Shown here in pieces: positions 29,270-39,728 of a stretch of DNA of 64,000 nt (its first letter is position 1; each line of letters begins with the position of its first letter). The position numbers and the translations under genes were made by a program. The notes under the pieces were generated by a model. That model saw only the letters and a list, made by a program, of their open reading frames with translations. It was not told where the DNA came from and did not search any database. The stretch is from an uncultured delta proteobacterium (GTDB lineage Bacteria; Myxococcota_A; Polyangia; Fen-1088). The stretch is taken from assembly GCA_963767925.1 (NCBI GenBank), contig CAVYGB010000006.1:32001-96000 (forward strand), in the 5' to 3' direction.

Positions 29270-30646
29270 TTAGGCCTTCAGCCCCGGCCAGGTGGCGCCG
29301 AAGGGCGACGGCACGCCCATCGCCTGGCAGATGTCGGTCATGACGCCGTTGAGCGGCTTGCCCGCGCTGGGGGCGCACTGGCCCGTCGCGAAGTAGCCGC
29401 CCCCCTTGCCTGCCAGCACCCAGGGGATCTTCGTCTCGTCGTGGTTGGAGCCGTCCTGCATGTGATTGCCGAACAGGACCACGCTGTTGTCGAACATGGT
29501 GCCGCCCTCGGCCGGGACCGCCTTCAGCATGACGATGAAGTCGGCGAGCTGCTGCATCATCCAGCGGTCGACCAGGCGCTTGTGGTCGACGCCCTGGAAC
29601 ACCGGGTTGTGGCCCACGTCGTGGTAGTTGCGGAACTGGCTCTTGTAGCCGGTGCCGCGGGCCGGGATGCCCTCCACGAACCCGAAGTTGATGTTGTTGC
29701 CCGACGAGTCGCTCAGCTGCACGGTCGCGACGTTGGTCACCCCGCACTTGAGCGACTGGACGATCAGGCTCATGTGGGCCCGGAGGATGTCCGGGTACTT
29801 GAGGCCGTCCTTGAGGTCGATCATGGTGCCCGGCGTCCCGCCGCAGGCGGCGTTGTTGGTGCTGCCGGCCGACTGGAGCTGGGTCTCGAGGTCCCGCACC
29901 GACTGGAAGTGGGCCTCGATCGACAGCTTGTCGTCGCTGCCCAGGCGGGCCTTGAAGGCCGTCAGGTTGCGACCGACGTAGTCGAGGATGCTCTTGCGCT
30001 GGATCATGAGCCGCTTGACCGCCGGATCCTCCGCCCCCCCGTTGGCCCCCCCGGCGACGGGCGCGCCGCCGAAGATCTCCATGTAGGTGGCGTAGGGGTC
30101 GCCGATCGGGTTGATCGGCTGGCCGCGACCCAGCCAGAAGCAGCGGCTGGAGCCCGGCGCGGGGCTGGACTGCGGCGCCCGCTCGAGCTGCACGTGCAGG
30201 GGCAAGGTGACCCGGCCGCTCTCGCTCTTGGGCAGGCCCGAGCCGATGATCTGGTCGATGGTCTTGCTCTTGGGCTCCTTGTAGCTGCCCTTGACCCCCG
30301 GCTCGAGGCCCCAGTACACGCAGCCGTAAGAGCCGTGGCCACCGCCGCCGCCCGGCCCGGTGAAGCCCGGGTTGGACAGGTCGGGGAGGATGATGACGTC
30401 GGACTTGTGCGGCTCGAGCGGCGCCGTCGAGAAGGGCAGCGTCTGGTTGGCCAGCGCGCCCGTGCTGGGCTTCCAGTCACTCTGGCGGTAGCCCTCGGAG
30501 GTGGCGAAGAGCACGAAGCTCTTGCGCGGGCCGGCCGCCTGGGCGCGGGCCGGACGGGACCGCAGCAGCGGAAGACAGGCCGCGCCGACCCCCAGGCCCT
30601 TGATCAGATCTCGGCGAGCGAGCGACCAGTTCTTCATCATCTTCAT
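29270..30646 (-). CDS. DUF1552 domain protein (Tat-like signal)
   Basis: ARRDLIKGLG, RKSILDYV, YHDVGH, TMFDNSVV, LAGKGGGYF. Confidence 0.88.
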   Translation of the reverse strand: MKMMKNWSLARRDLIKGLGVGAACLPLLRSRPARAQAAGPRKSFVLFATSEGYRQSDWKPSTGALANQTLPFSTAPLEPHKSDVIILPDLSNPGFTGPGGGGGHGSYGCVYWGLEPGVKGSYKEPKSKTIDQIIGSGLPKSESGRVTLPLHVQLERAPQSSPAPGSSRCFWLGRGQPINPIGDPYATYMEIFGGAPVAGGANGGAEDPAVKRLMIQRKSILDYVGRNLTAFKARLGSDDKLSIEAHFQSVRDLETQLQSAGSTNNAACGGTPGTMIDLKDGLKYPDILRAHMSLIVQSLKCGVTNVATVQLSDSSGNNINFGFVEGIPARGTGYKSQFRNYHDVGHNPVFQGVDHKRLVDRWMMQQLADFIVMLKAVPAEGGTMFDNSVVLFGNHMQDGSNHDETKIPWVLAGKGGGYFATGQCAPSAGKPLNGVMTDICQAMGVPSPFGATWPGLKA

Positions 30647-32397
30647 GGCAACACCTCATCGAGCGACGGCTTGCGGTGGGAGAAGGCGCGGGTCCTGGTG
30701 AAGGCGACGAGCAGCTCGCGCATGTCGTGGCCCGACTGCTGGAAGGCCTCACGGACCAGCTTCAGCGACGGCTCTTCGCTCGGCAGCTCGCCCCGTCGGA
30801 GGGCGTAACGCCACCACTGGGTCACCATGCAGTCCTGCACCTCGGGGGTCTTGGCGAGCTGCGGGAGCAGCTCGATGGCGTTCTTGAACTTCAGCTCACC
30901 GGAGCCGAGCGGGAACACGCCGCTGGCATCGACCGGCTTGCCCGCGTCGGTGGTGCGGTAGGCCCCGATGGCGTCGTAGTTCTCGAAGGCGAAACCGATC
31001 GGATCGAGCAGCTTGTGGCAGGTCGCGCAGGCCGAATCGCTGTGGACCGACACGCGCTCGCGGGTGGTCTGCCCGGGCAGGGGCTCGGGCAGGGGCGGGA
31101 TCACGATGTTGGCCGGCACCTCGAGGTGCATGCAGAGCAGCTTGCTCAGCATCGAATCGCCCCGCTTGATGGGGTGCGAGTCGATGGCGTCGGCCTTGAC
31201 CGAGAGGAAGGTCCCCTGGGTAAAGAGGCCCGAGCGCTGGGCCGGGTCGAAGGTGACCGGCTTGAGGTCGTTGCCGGTGACGTCCTTGAGGCCGTAGATC
31301 TTGGCCAGCGCGGCGTTGGCGAAGGAGGCGTTCGAGGTGAGCAGGGTCTCCAGCTTGCCGTCGGCCTTGGGGCCGAGGAACACGCTGGCCACGAACTCCC
31401 GCGTCTCCTTCAGCATCGCCTGGGCGACCTCGGGGTTGTAGTCGGTGAGCGAGGGGTCCTTGGGCATGTCGGCCAGGCCGCCCATGCTCAGCCACTGCAG
31501 GTGGAAGTCGTTGAGGGCGTCGCTGGCCCGCGCATCGGCCAGCAGGCGGCGCGCCTCGGCGGCGACCTGGTCGGGCGTGCTGAGCTTGCCGCCGTCGGCC
31601 GCGGCGAACAGCTTGTCGTCCGGCATCGAGGACCAGAACAAGTAGGACAGCCGGGAGGCGACCTCGTGCTGGTTGAAGCGGATGAGCTGGCCTTCCTTGA
31701 GCGGCGCGGCCGGCCCGAGCTCCCAGCGGTAGAGGAAATACGGCGACTGCAACATGGCCGTCACGACGTTGGCGATGGCCTGCGGGAAGGTCGCGCCGGC
31801 GTCGGGGGCGCGCTGGGCCCGGTAAAGGCCGCGAGCATCTTCCAGCTCGGCGTCGGTCAGCGGGCGGCGGTAGGCCCGGCGCCCGAAGCCAGCGATGAAC
31901 TTGTCGGCGCAGGCGTCCTGCTCGGGGGCCGCGGCCGGCACCGGCGCGCAGGGCAGGAGCGCGGGGACCTGCTGCAGGGCCGCGGCCGAGAGCTCCTCGG
32001 CGGCCAGCAGAAGGGCGCGGGCGTCGGGGGCGGCGGTGACCGAGCCGCCCCGCAAGAAGCCGGAAGCCGCCGACTCCTGGTCGGCGCTGAAGGTCCCGAT
32101 CTTCCCCTTCGGCACGGTGGTCAGACCGAGCAGGTCACGCACCGTGTTCTCGTATTCGAGGCGGGTCAGCCGGCGCAGGGGCGCCGGGCCGGGGACCGTG
32201 TCGGAGTCAGAGGGCAGCGCGCCGGGGTTGACCCCGGGGCCAGGGCCGGTTGAAGGGCCAGGGCCGCCCGGCGTTCGGGAGCCAGGCTCGGATGGGCCGG
32301 CAGGGCCAAGATTGCCTGCCTCACCGATGCTGCCGGAGCAGCCAAGGCCGCCAAGGGCCACTCCGAGGAGTGCAAGGTTGGTCAGCGGTCGCAACAT
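30643..32397 (-). CDS. DUF1592-family lipoprotein with CxxCH
   Basis: Lipobox GLGC, LRRLTRLEYENTVRDLLG, SRLSYLFWSSMPD, CATCH, DPIGFAFENYDAIG. Confidence 0.88.
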   Translation of the reverse strand: MLRPLTNLALLGVALGGLGCSGSIGEAGNLGPAGPSEPGSRTPGGPGPSTGPGPGVNPGALPSDSDTVPGPAPLRRLTRLEYENTVRDLLGLTTVPKGKIGTFSADQESAASGFLRGGSVTAAPDARALLLAAEELSAAALQQVPALLPCAPVPAAAPEQDACADKFIAGFGRRAYRRPLTDAELEDARGLYRAQRAPDAGATFPQAIANVVTAMLQSPYFLYRWELGPAAPLKEGQLIRFNQHEVASRLSYLFWSSMPDDKLFAAADGGKLSTPDQVAAEARRLLADARASDALNDFHLQWLSMGGLADMPKDPSLTDYNPEVAQAMLKETREFVASVFLGPKADGKLETLLTSNASFANAALAKIYGLKDVTGNDLKPVTFDPAQRSGLFTQGTFLSVKADAIDSHPIKRGDSMLSKLLCMHLEVPANIVIPPLPEPLPGQTTRERVSVHSDSACATCHKLLDPIGFAFENYDAIGAYRTTDAGKPVDASGVFPLGSGELKFKNAIELLPQLAKTPEVQDCMVTQWWRYALRRGELPSEEPSLKLVREAFQQSGHDMRELLVAFTRTRAFSHRKPSLDEVLP

Positions 32398-32582
32398 GTG
32401 GGGAATCCTCTCCCGCGTCCCTCGGTTACCCGAGCGACACAGCGTCGTTTCTAAATAGTGAAGAGACAGGACCAACGTCACCTGGAGGCACCATAACCTC
32501 ACGTTATTGCACGACTATTTATTCCGGTCGCGAAGGACCCCTGTGACGCCGTGGCAGGTGGAGTCACTGGATTGGGAAGAGC

Positions 32583-33200
32583 ATGCTTGCACGGGCGACG
32601 CTGGCCGAGACCCGTCGGGCCAAGGACGCCGAGCTCGCCGCCCGCGTCATCGCCCAGCCCGACGAGGCGGACGCCCTCATGGCCGCCTGGCGGCGTTTCC
32701 GCCCCATGGTGCGCTGGGTCCTGGTCAAGATGCTCGGCGCCGACGACGAGGACATCCGGGACCTCAGCCAGGAGGCCTTCCTGCAGCTCTACCGGAGCGT
32801 GCGCGCCCTGCGCAGCCCCGACGCCATCCGCCCCTTCGTGACCGGCATCGCCATCCGGGTCGCCCTGCGGGAGATGCGCCGCCGCCGGGTGCGCGGCGGG
32901 CAGGTGCTGGTCCCGGGCCAGGGGCTGCTGCCGCTCGCGAGCACCGAGGCCGATCCCGAAGCGCGTCAGGCGATGGCCCGGCTGCTCCTGATGATGGGCC
33001 GCCTGCGCGACGCCGACCGGGACATGTTCCTCTTCCGCCAGGTGCTGGGGCTCGAGCAGTCGGAGATCTGCACCGCCACCAACCTCTCGATCAGCACCGT
33101 GCGCCGCCGGCTGCGCCGCCTGCAGCGCCGGGTGGAGATCCTCAGCACCGCCGATCCCGCCCTCGCGGGCTACGCCGAGCGGGCCGCCCGCCGCCTCTGA
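32583..33200 (+). CDS. ECF RNA polymerase sigma-70 factor
   Basis: DLSQEAFLQL, FVTGIAIRVA, region 4 SISTVRRRLRR. Confidence 0.85.
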   Translation: MLARATLAETRRAKDAELAARVIAQPDEADALMAAWRRFRPMVRWVLVKMLGADDEDIRDLSQEAFLQLYRSVRALRSPDAIRPFVTGIAIRVALREMRRRRVRGGQVLVPGQGLLPLASTEADPEARQAMARLLLMMGRLRDADRDMFLFRQVLGLEQSEICTATNLSISTVRRRLRRLQRRVEILSTADPALAGYAERAARRL

Positions 33201-33219
33201 GCATCGTCTCCTGCCGGCA

Positions 33220-33771
33220 TCAGGGCGCGGGCGGGCCGAGCTCGGCGACGCAGGCGGCGCCGCCCCTGGCGGTCCCCTCCCCCACCGGAGAGAGCGCCAG
33301 CGTGGCCTGCACCATCGAAGCGGCAAACTGGGCGTCGGGGGCGAGGGGGGCGCCGGAACGGATCCCCCACTCGCTGCGGCTGTAGTAGCGGTAGCGCTTG
33401 CCCTCGCCCTGCAGCTCGAGGCACAGGTCGAAGGGCTGGGGCGCTTCGCCGGCGCACTTCCAGCTCCGGGCCGAGACGGTCGAGCGGCAGCCGTTCTGGG
33501 GGGTGACGATGTTGAAACGGTCCCCCTCGCGGGTCCAGACGAAGCCATCGCTGACCGCGTGCCAGCGCGAGGCGTGCCAGAGCGCCCCCACCCGCCGGCC
33601 CTCGCGCTCGAGCGCCACCAGGTGCCAGACCAGGTCGCGCGGTCCGCTCGGCATGCGCTCGACCCAGAGCTGGTTGACCAGCTTCTCCGGCCCGTTCCGC
33701 TGGCCGAGCAAGTAGGCGCCCCCTTGCCAGGCGAGGAGCGCGACGAGGAGGAGGATGAGCCAGGTCCGCAT
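33220..33771 (-). CDS. Hypothetical exported protein
   Basis: Hydrophobic N-terminus, GC3-biased ORF filling the gap between convergent genes. Confidence 0.65.
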   Translation of the reverse strand: MRTWLILLLVALLAWQGGAYLLGQRNGPEKLVNQLWVERMPSGPRDLVWHLVALEREGRRVGALWHASRWHAVSDGFVWTREGDRFNIVTPQNGCRSTVSARSWKCAGEAPQPFDLCLELQGEGKRYRYYSRSEWGIRSGAPLAPDAQFAASMVQATLALSPVGEGTARGGAACVAELGPPAP

Positions 33772-33896
33772 GCTCCAGGATCCCTTGCCCTTGGCCATGG
33801 CGGCATTATGGACGAGAACCCGCCCGCCTTCACGGGTCCTGCGCCCGCCAGGGTCGTTGACAGTGCGCCGTCGGGTACGGCAGGGTCGTCCCTTAC

Positions 33897-34808
33897 ATGG
33901 CTGCGCAGCGGGATGAGCGCACGGACCCGACGCGGCGTCGCCCGATCCGCTGGGGGGCCGTCGGCCTCTCCCTGTTGCTCACGCCGGTGGCCGGGTACGT
34001 CGCCATCGGGAGGGAACGACGCGGCTTGACCCTGCTGGGGGCCGAGCTCCTCTACTTCGCGGTCGCCGTCGTGGGCGCCCTGCTGGTGGTGCCAGTCCTG
34101 ATGTACGCCGCCCTGGCCGCCGCGCTGTTACACGGGCTGGGGGCCCTCTTCGACGTCGCCCGCCTGTCGCGCACCGGCCGGGCCGACCCGACCTGGGGGC
34201 GGGGGGTGGCCGCCGGGCTGGGGGCCCTGGCGGTCACCAGCGGGGTCGGGCTGCTCGTGCGCACCTACGTTTTGGAGGCGCTGGACAACTCGGCCAACGC
34301 CATGGTGCCGACCCTCGAGGCGGGCGATCGTTTTTTCGTCAACAAGCTCGATCGCAAGGTCGGGCGCGGCGACGTCATCGTGTTCCGCTATCCCCCCGAT
34401 CCCAGCGTGCGCTACGTGCAGCGGGTGGTGGCGGTGGCCGGTGACACCGTCGCCGTCGAGGAGGGGGAGTTCCTCATCAACGGGCAGGCCCCCCACAGCC
34501 AGCGGCTGGGGGTCGATCAGCGGATGGATCCGGTGATGGGCCAGCACATCGTCGAGCGCTGGAAGGAGACCCTCGACGGCAAGTCCTACACCATCTACCG
34601 TCGGGCGGGGCCGATGGCGATCTGGGTCGGCCAGGAGGTCCCCGAGGGCCACGTCTTCGTGCTGGGGGACAACCGCGACAACAGCAACGACTCGCGCACC
34701 TGGGGCACCGTCCCGCTCGAGCTGGTGCAGGGGCGGGCCCTCTTCACCTGGTGGTCGAGCGACGCCCGCGGCATCCGCTGGCCTCGCTTCAACCAGCGGA
34801 TCGAGTAG
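33897..34808 (+). CDS. Signal peptidase I (S26) homolog with substituted catalytic dyad
   Basis: [31 protein letters not shown] boxes; Ser position is Ala (SANAM) and Lys position is Gln (YVQRV). Confidence 0.8.
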   Translation: MAAQRDERTDPTRRRPIRWGAVGLSLLLTPVAGYVAIGRERRGLTLLGAELLYFAVAVVGALLVVPVLMYAALAAALLHGLGALFDVARLSRTGRADPTWGRGVAAGLGALAVTSGVGLLVRTYVLEALDNSANAMVPTLEAGDRFFVNKLDRKVGRGDVIVFRYPPDPSVRYVQRVVAVAGDTVAVEEGEFLINGQAPHSQRLGVDQRMDPVMGQHIVERWKETLDGKSYTIYRRAGPMAIWVGQEVPEGHVFVLGDNRDNSNDSRTWGTVPLELVQGRALFTWWSSDARGIRWPRFNQRIE

Positions 34809-36532
34809 CCCAGGCCCGCAGGCGGTCGGGTGACCAGGTGTTGGCCACCCGCTCGGGGTCGACCCAGGCCCGTTCGGCCTGCTGGCGGGCGAACCCCACC
34901 CGGCCGAGCTCGCTGGCGTGGTGAGCGTCGCTGGTGAGCACGAAGGTGAGGTTGCGGGTGCGCGCACGGACGCAGGCCCTCGGCCGAGATGTCGAGGCGG
35001 GGCAACGCGCCGTTGATCTCGAGGGCGGTGTCGGTCTGCTCGGCGGCCGCGAAGACGGCGTCGAGGTCGAGGTCGATGGGGGGCCGGCCGCCGATCATGC
35101 GCGCCGAGAGGTGGCCGATCATGCGCACGGTCGGGTCCTGCATGGCGGTGACGATGCGCCGGGTCTGGGCGGCCCGGTCGAGCTGGAAGTTGTCGTGCAC
35201 CGAGGCCAGGCACCAGTCGAAGCCGCGCCGGAACTCGAGGTCGTAGTCCAGCTCCCCGGTCGGGCCGATGTTCAGCTCGACCCCGTGCAAGAGGCGTGAG
35301 CGAATCGCCCAGCTCGCGGGCCAGGGCCCGGATGCGGGCGCGCTGGTCGAGCATCACCTCGCGGCTCACGCCCGACAGGGTGCCCTCGGCGTGGTCGGTG
35401 ACGGCGAGGACCCGATAGCCGCGGGTCCGGGCGGCGGCCACCACCTCCTCCAGCGAGGAGCGGCCGTCGCCCGAGACGGTCGTGTGCAGGTGAAAGTCGC
35501 CGATCACGTCGGGCAGGGAGCGGGGCAAGCGGCCGGCCTCGGCGGCCTCGATCTCGCCGGCGTCCTCGCGCAGCACCGGCGGGATGAAGGGCAGCCCCAG
35601 GGCGGCGTAGATCTCCTCCTCGGTCTCGCTGGCCACCACCGCCGCCGCCCTCGATCTGGCGCTGAGGGCGTATTCGTTGAGGGTCAGGTCGCGGGCCAGG
35701 GCCCGCTGCCGCAGCTTGATGTTGTGCCCCTTGGACCCCGTGAAGTAGAGGCGGGCGGCGCCGAGCTGGTGGGCGGCCACGATGCGCACGTCGACCTGGG
35801 TGCCCCGGCGGGTCACCACGCTGGTCTTGGCCGGACCGCGCACCAGCACCCGGTCGACGAAGCTCATGCGCGACCAGCGCGTCCATCACCGGCTCGGGCG
35901 CCGCCGCCGCCACCACGATGTCGACGTCGCCCGATCGTCTCGGAGAAGCGGCGCAGCGAGCCGCAATACGAGGCGTGGCTGACCCCGGGCAGGGCCGCGA
36001 GCTGATCCACGACCTGCGTTCGCCAGCGGCAGGGCCACCGAGATCGGCGTGCGGTCCATGGCCCCGTGCTCCTCGCATGCGGGCCAGGGCCCGGCTCAGC
36101 TTCTCCTCCGACTTCTCGCCGAAGCCCTTGAGGTCGCGCAGCTTGTGGGCGGCCAGGGCGGCGCGCAGGTCGTCGAGCGACTGCACCCCCAGATCGGCCC
36201 GCAGGCGGTTGAGCGTCTTGGGCCCCAGCCCGTGGATGCGCAGCAGGGCCACCACCGCGGGCGGGTGGCGCTGCCGCAGGCCCTCCAGCTTGGCCACCTT
36301 GCCGGTCTCGAGCAGCTCGCGGATCTTGTCGGCGGTGCTCTTGCCGATGCCCTCGATCTTCTGCAGCTCCTTGACCGTCAGCTTGCCGAGGTCGGTGGCC
36401 TGGGCGGCGACGGCGTGGCGCGGCGCTCTCGTAGGCCCGCACCCGGAACGACTGCGGATCGCCCTCCTCGAGCATGGTCAGCTCGCCGAGCTCGGTGAGC
36501 ATGTCGAGGACGTCCTGCTTGGAGTCGGCCAT
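34789..36532 (-). pseudogene. polX: DNA polymerase X / PHP domain protein, split by about 7 single-base frameshifts (possibly sequencing error)
   Basis: FRVRAY, IEGIGK HhH, GSLRR, GDVDI, YFTGSKGHN, LNEY, PHP motifs DFHLHT, TDH, SDAH spread across frames. Confidence 0.8.
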
Positions 36533-36651
36533 GGCCCGCCGAGGGCTACCTACCCCAGGCCCCCCCTCGGCGCAAGCCAGCCGGCACGGTCCCCGAGGGC
36601 CGCCCATGGGGGGCGGGCTTTCTCGTGCCGGAGAGGGAGAAGCTTGCCACA

Positions 36652-37641
36652 ATGGCGCGCATGCGTTTTCGCGTGCTGGGCCCCACCGGGGTGAAGGTCT
36701 CCTGCCTCTCGTTCGGCACCATGTCCTTCGGCGGCGACGCCGACGAGGTCACCGCCGGGCGGATCTTCGGCCGCGCGCGCGAGGCGGGCATCAACTTCTT
36801 CGACACCGCCGACGTGTACAACGGGGGACGCTCCGAGGAGATCCTCGGGCGGCTGGTGCGCGGCGCCCGGGACGAGGTGGTGATCGCCAGCAAGGCGTAT
36901 TTTCCCACCGGCAAGGGGCCCAACGATCGGGGCAGCTCCCGCTTCCACCTGGTGCGCGCGGTGGAGGCGAGCCTGCGGCGGCTGGCGACCGATCGCCTCG
37001 ACGTCTATTACCTGCACCGGTTCGACGACGAGACCACCTTGCCCGAGAGCCTGCGCGCGCTCGACGACCTGGTCCGGCAGGGCAAGATCCTCTACCCGGC
37101 CTGCTCGAACTTCGCCGCCTGGCAGGTCGCCCACGCCCTGGGGCTGGCCGCCCAGCGGCAGCTCGCGCCGCTGGTGGCGCTGCAGCCGATGTATAACCTG
37201 CTCAAGCGCCAGGCCGAGGTGGAGATCTTGCCGATGGCCAGGGCCCTGGGGGTGGCGATCGTGCCCTACAGCCCGACCGCGGGGGGCCTCCTGACCGGCA
37301 AATACCGGGGCGGGGTGCGGCCGGACGGGACGCGGCTGGCGACCAACCAGATGTACCAGGCCCGCTACGGCGACGCCGGCTACTGGGACGCGGCCGACCG
37401 CTTCGCCGCGCTGGCGGCCGAGCTGGGCCACAGCCCGGCGGCGCTGGCGGTGGCCTGGGTGGCGGGACATCCCGACGTGACCTCGGTGCTGCTCGGCGCC
37501 CGCTCGGTCGAGCAGCTCGACGGCACCCTGGCCGCCGCCGATCTCCAGCTCACGCCCGAGGTGCGCGCGCGCATCGCCGCCATCACGCCCGAGCCACCAC
37601 CCGCCACCGACCGCAGCGACGAGAAGACAATCACGCGCTGA
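36652..37641 (+). CDS. Aldo/keto reductase
   Basis: GINFFDTADVY, ASLRRLATDRLDVYYLH, QPMYNLL, YSPTAGGLLTGKY. Confidence 0.93.
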   Translation: MARMRFRVLGPTGVKVSCLSFGTMSFGGDADEVTAGRIFGRAREAGINFFDTADVYNGGRSEEILGRLVRGARDEVVIASKAYFPTGKGPNDRGSSRFHLVRAVEASLRRLATDRLDVYYLHRFDDETTLPESLRALDDLVRQGKILYPACSNFAAWQVAHALGLAAQRQLAPLVALQPMYNLLKRQAEVEILPMARALGVAIVPYSPTAGGLLTGKYRGGVRPDGTRLATNQMYQARYGDAGYWDAADRFAALAAELGHSPAALAVAWVAGHPDVTSVLLGARSVEQLDGTLAAADLQLTPEVRARIAAITPEPPPATDRSDEKTITR

Positions 37642-37654
37642 GCGGGGGGGAGAG

Positions 37655-37748
37655 CAGGAGCAGCCGACCAGCCGGGACCGGATCGGGAAGGGGTGGATCG
37701 GGGGAACGATCCTGAAACCTTCCGGTCCCCGCTGCTCGGCTGCTCCTG
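37655..37748. repeat. Long imperfect inverted repeat (about 95-nt hairpin) after the AKR gene
   Basis: CAGGAGCAGCCGA.CAGC.GGGACCGGA pairs with TCCGGTCCC.GCTG.TCGGCTGCTCCTG; inner GGATCG/CGATCC stem. Confidence 0.7.
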
Positions 37749-37896
37749 TTGATTCGGCTAAAGGGATAGTGCTGCTGGCCCGTGTCGACCCGGGCCATAA
37801 GTAATATCTTATGTATTACCTTAGTCTACGTTATCTGACTTGAAGCTCAATGTAGTTTTAGCAGCACATGTACGATTAATATGTACCCTATGATAC

Positions 37897-38886
37897 GTGT
37901 CAGTACAAGGAAACGTCCCCTGCCTCACCCCCTACAACAAACTCAAGTCCCTGTCCCTGCTAGCCATTTTCACCATCTCCGGCGGCCTGGCCTGCCAGGC
38001 GCCCCAGCGGGTCTGGCGACCTGCACAGAGACTTCCGTCACCCACGGCCGACCTGGACGAGTGGCTGAACAACGAGCTCCCGGTTGACCAACCGGTCTGT
38101 CCCCGCGCGGCCGCGAACGACCCCGAGGCCGAGGAGGCCTACGACCGGGTCAACACCTACCGGCGCCAGATGCGCCTGCCCTGCGTGACCTTCGTCCCCG
38201 AGATCGCCGCCGCCGCCGCCGCCCACTGCGGCTACTTCACGGCCAACAGCGGCGACTGCACCGCCGACCCGCACAGCGAGGTGGAACAATGCAGCGGCTT
38301 CCGGGCCGAGCGCTTCGGCGAGCGCATGTTCAACACCGGCTACCACGGCAAGCCGGCCTACGAGACCATGGCCTACGCGGGCGACGGCTCGCGCGCGGTC
38401 GACCTGTGGGTCGATTCGGTCTGGCACCGCATCCCGATCCTGAGCCCCTGGGTCAAGGACCTGGGCTACGGCACCACGGCCGGTTGCGACACCATGAACT
38501 TCGGCTGGGCCGACGGGCAGGCCACCCAGGGGCCCGCGACCTACCCGTACAACGGCCAGACCGACGTCCCGCTGAAGTTCGACGGCAGCCTCGAGTCGCC
38601 GGCGCTGCCCCCGCCCCCGCAGGGCTGGCCCAGCGGGTACCCGATCATCGTCTACGCGGCCAACCTGGATGTGGAGCGGCACGTCCTGCTCGATGACCGG
38701 CGGGCGGTGGTGCCCCACACCTGGATCGCGCCCGACTCGCCCGCGGGCAAGGGCATCTTGCACAAGGAGATGATCCTGTACGCGGACGCGCCCCTCAAAC
38801 CCTCGACCGCCTACGTCGTGCGGATCGAGGGGCGGCGGGGCATCTGGCCGGTGCGCCTCGAGTGGACGTTCGCCACCGGACCGTGA
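37897..38886 (+). CDS. CAP (SCP/Tpx-1/Ag5/PR-1) domain lipoprotein with C-terminal Ig-like domain
   Basis: Lipobox GLAC; RVNTYR..AAAAHCGY..PHSE..WVDSVWHRIPIL; YPYNGQTDVP, SGYPI, PLKPSTAYVV..WTFAT. Confidence 0.8.
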   Translation: MSVQGNVPCLTPYNKLKSLSLLAIFTISGGLACQAPQRVWRPAQRLPSPTADLDEWLNNELPVDQPVCPRAAANDPEAEEAYDRVNTYRRQMRLPCVTFVPEIAAAAAAHCGYFTANSGDCTADPHSEVEQCSGFRAERFGERMFNTGYHGKPAYETMAYAGDGSRAVDLWVDSVWHRIPILSPWVKDLGYGTTAGCDTMNFGWADGQATQGPATYPYNGQTDVPLKFDGSLESPALPPPPQGWPSGYPIIVYAANLDVERHVLLDDRRAVVPHTWIAPDSPAGKGILHKEMILYADAPLKPSTAYVVRIEGRRGIWPVRLEWTFATGP

Positions 38887-39000
38887 CCTTTCCGTGATGC
38901 CACCGTCATGATCGGTGGGCGCACGGCGAACCTTCGGCGGCGAGCCTGACAGGGCGGCTTGCCTCGCCTAGGCTTGCTTTCGACCCGACCGCCGAAGACC

Positions 39001-39728
39001 GTGCGCTTCTTTCGCCTCCTCACCGCCCGCCCGCTCACCGCCGTCCTGCTGACGGCCGCCCTCGGTGTGGCGGGCGCTCTTCTCGCCTCGCGCCTTGCCC
39101 TGCGCACGTCTTTCGCGCAGCTCTTGCCGGAGGACGATCCGGGGGTGATCGCGCTGCAGCGGACGCAGGCCCGCATGGGAGACATGACCCTCCTGCTCGT
39201 CGGCGTCCGCTCGCCCGACCTGGCGGCCAGCGAGCGCTACGCCGGCGCCCTCACCGACCGTCTGCAGTCGCTGCCCCGCTCGGTTGTCGAGATCGCGACC
39301 TACAACGTGCGCGACGTGTTCGACTTCGTGTCGGACAACCGCTGGCTGTACGCGCCGCTGGCCGACCTGCGCGACGCCCGCGATCGGGTGCGGCGGGAGG
39401 TCCTGCGCCGCAAGAACCCGCTGCTGATCGACCTGTCGGACGGCGAGGAGGACCGGGCCCTCGAGCAGCGGCTGGCCCGCTCGGCGCCGCTGGCCGGGCG
39501 CTTCCGGGGGGGCTGTTTCGCAACCCGGGCAGCGAGACGGTCTGGGTGGTGGCGCTGCCGCCCGGTGGGCTGCTGGTGGAGAACGCCGGCAAGACGCTGC
39601 AGGCCATCCAGCGCTTCGTCGTCGAGCGCGACCCGCGCACCTTCCACCCCGCCCTGGAGGTCGAGATCGCGGGGCCGCTCGTCACGTCCATCCGCACCCA
39701 GGAGGTGCTGCAGCGGGACCTGACCCTG
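39001..39728 (+). pseudogene. 5' fragment of an MMPL/RND-family transporter
   Basis: TM1 then RTSFAQLLPEDDPGV, periplasmic loop, frameshift in the G-run near 39510, ends at IAGP...LQRDLTL just before the TM block. Confidence 0.65.

Noticed and set aside
34789..36532. Programmed frameshifting in polX
   Set aside because: Too many shifts, with no consistent slippery motif; sequencing error or decay is simpler.
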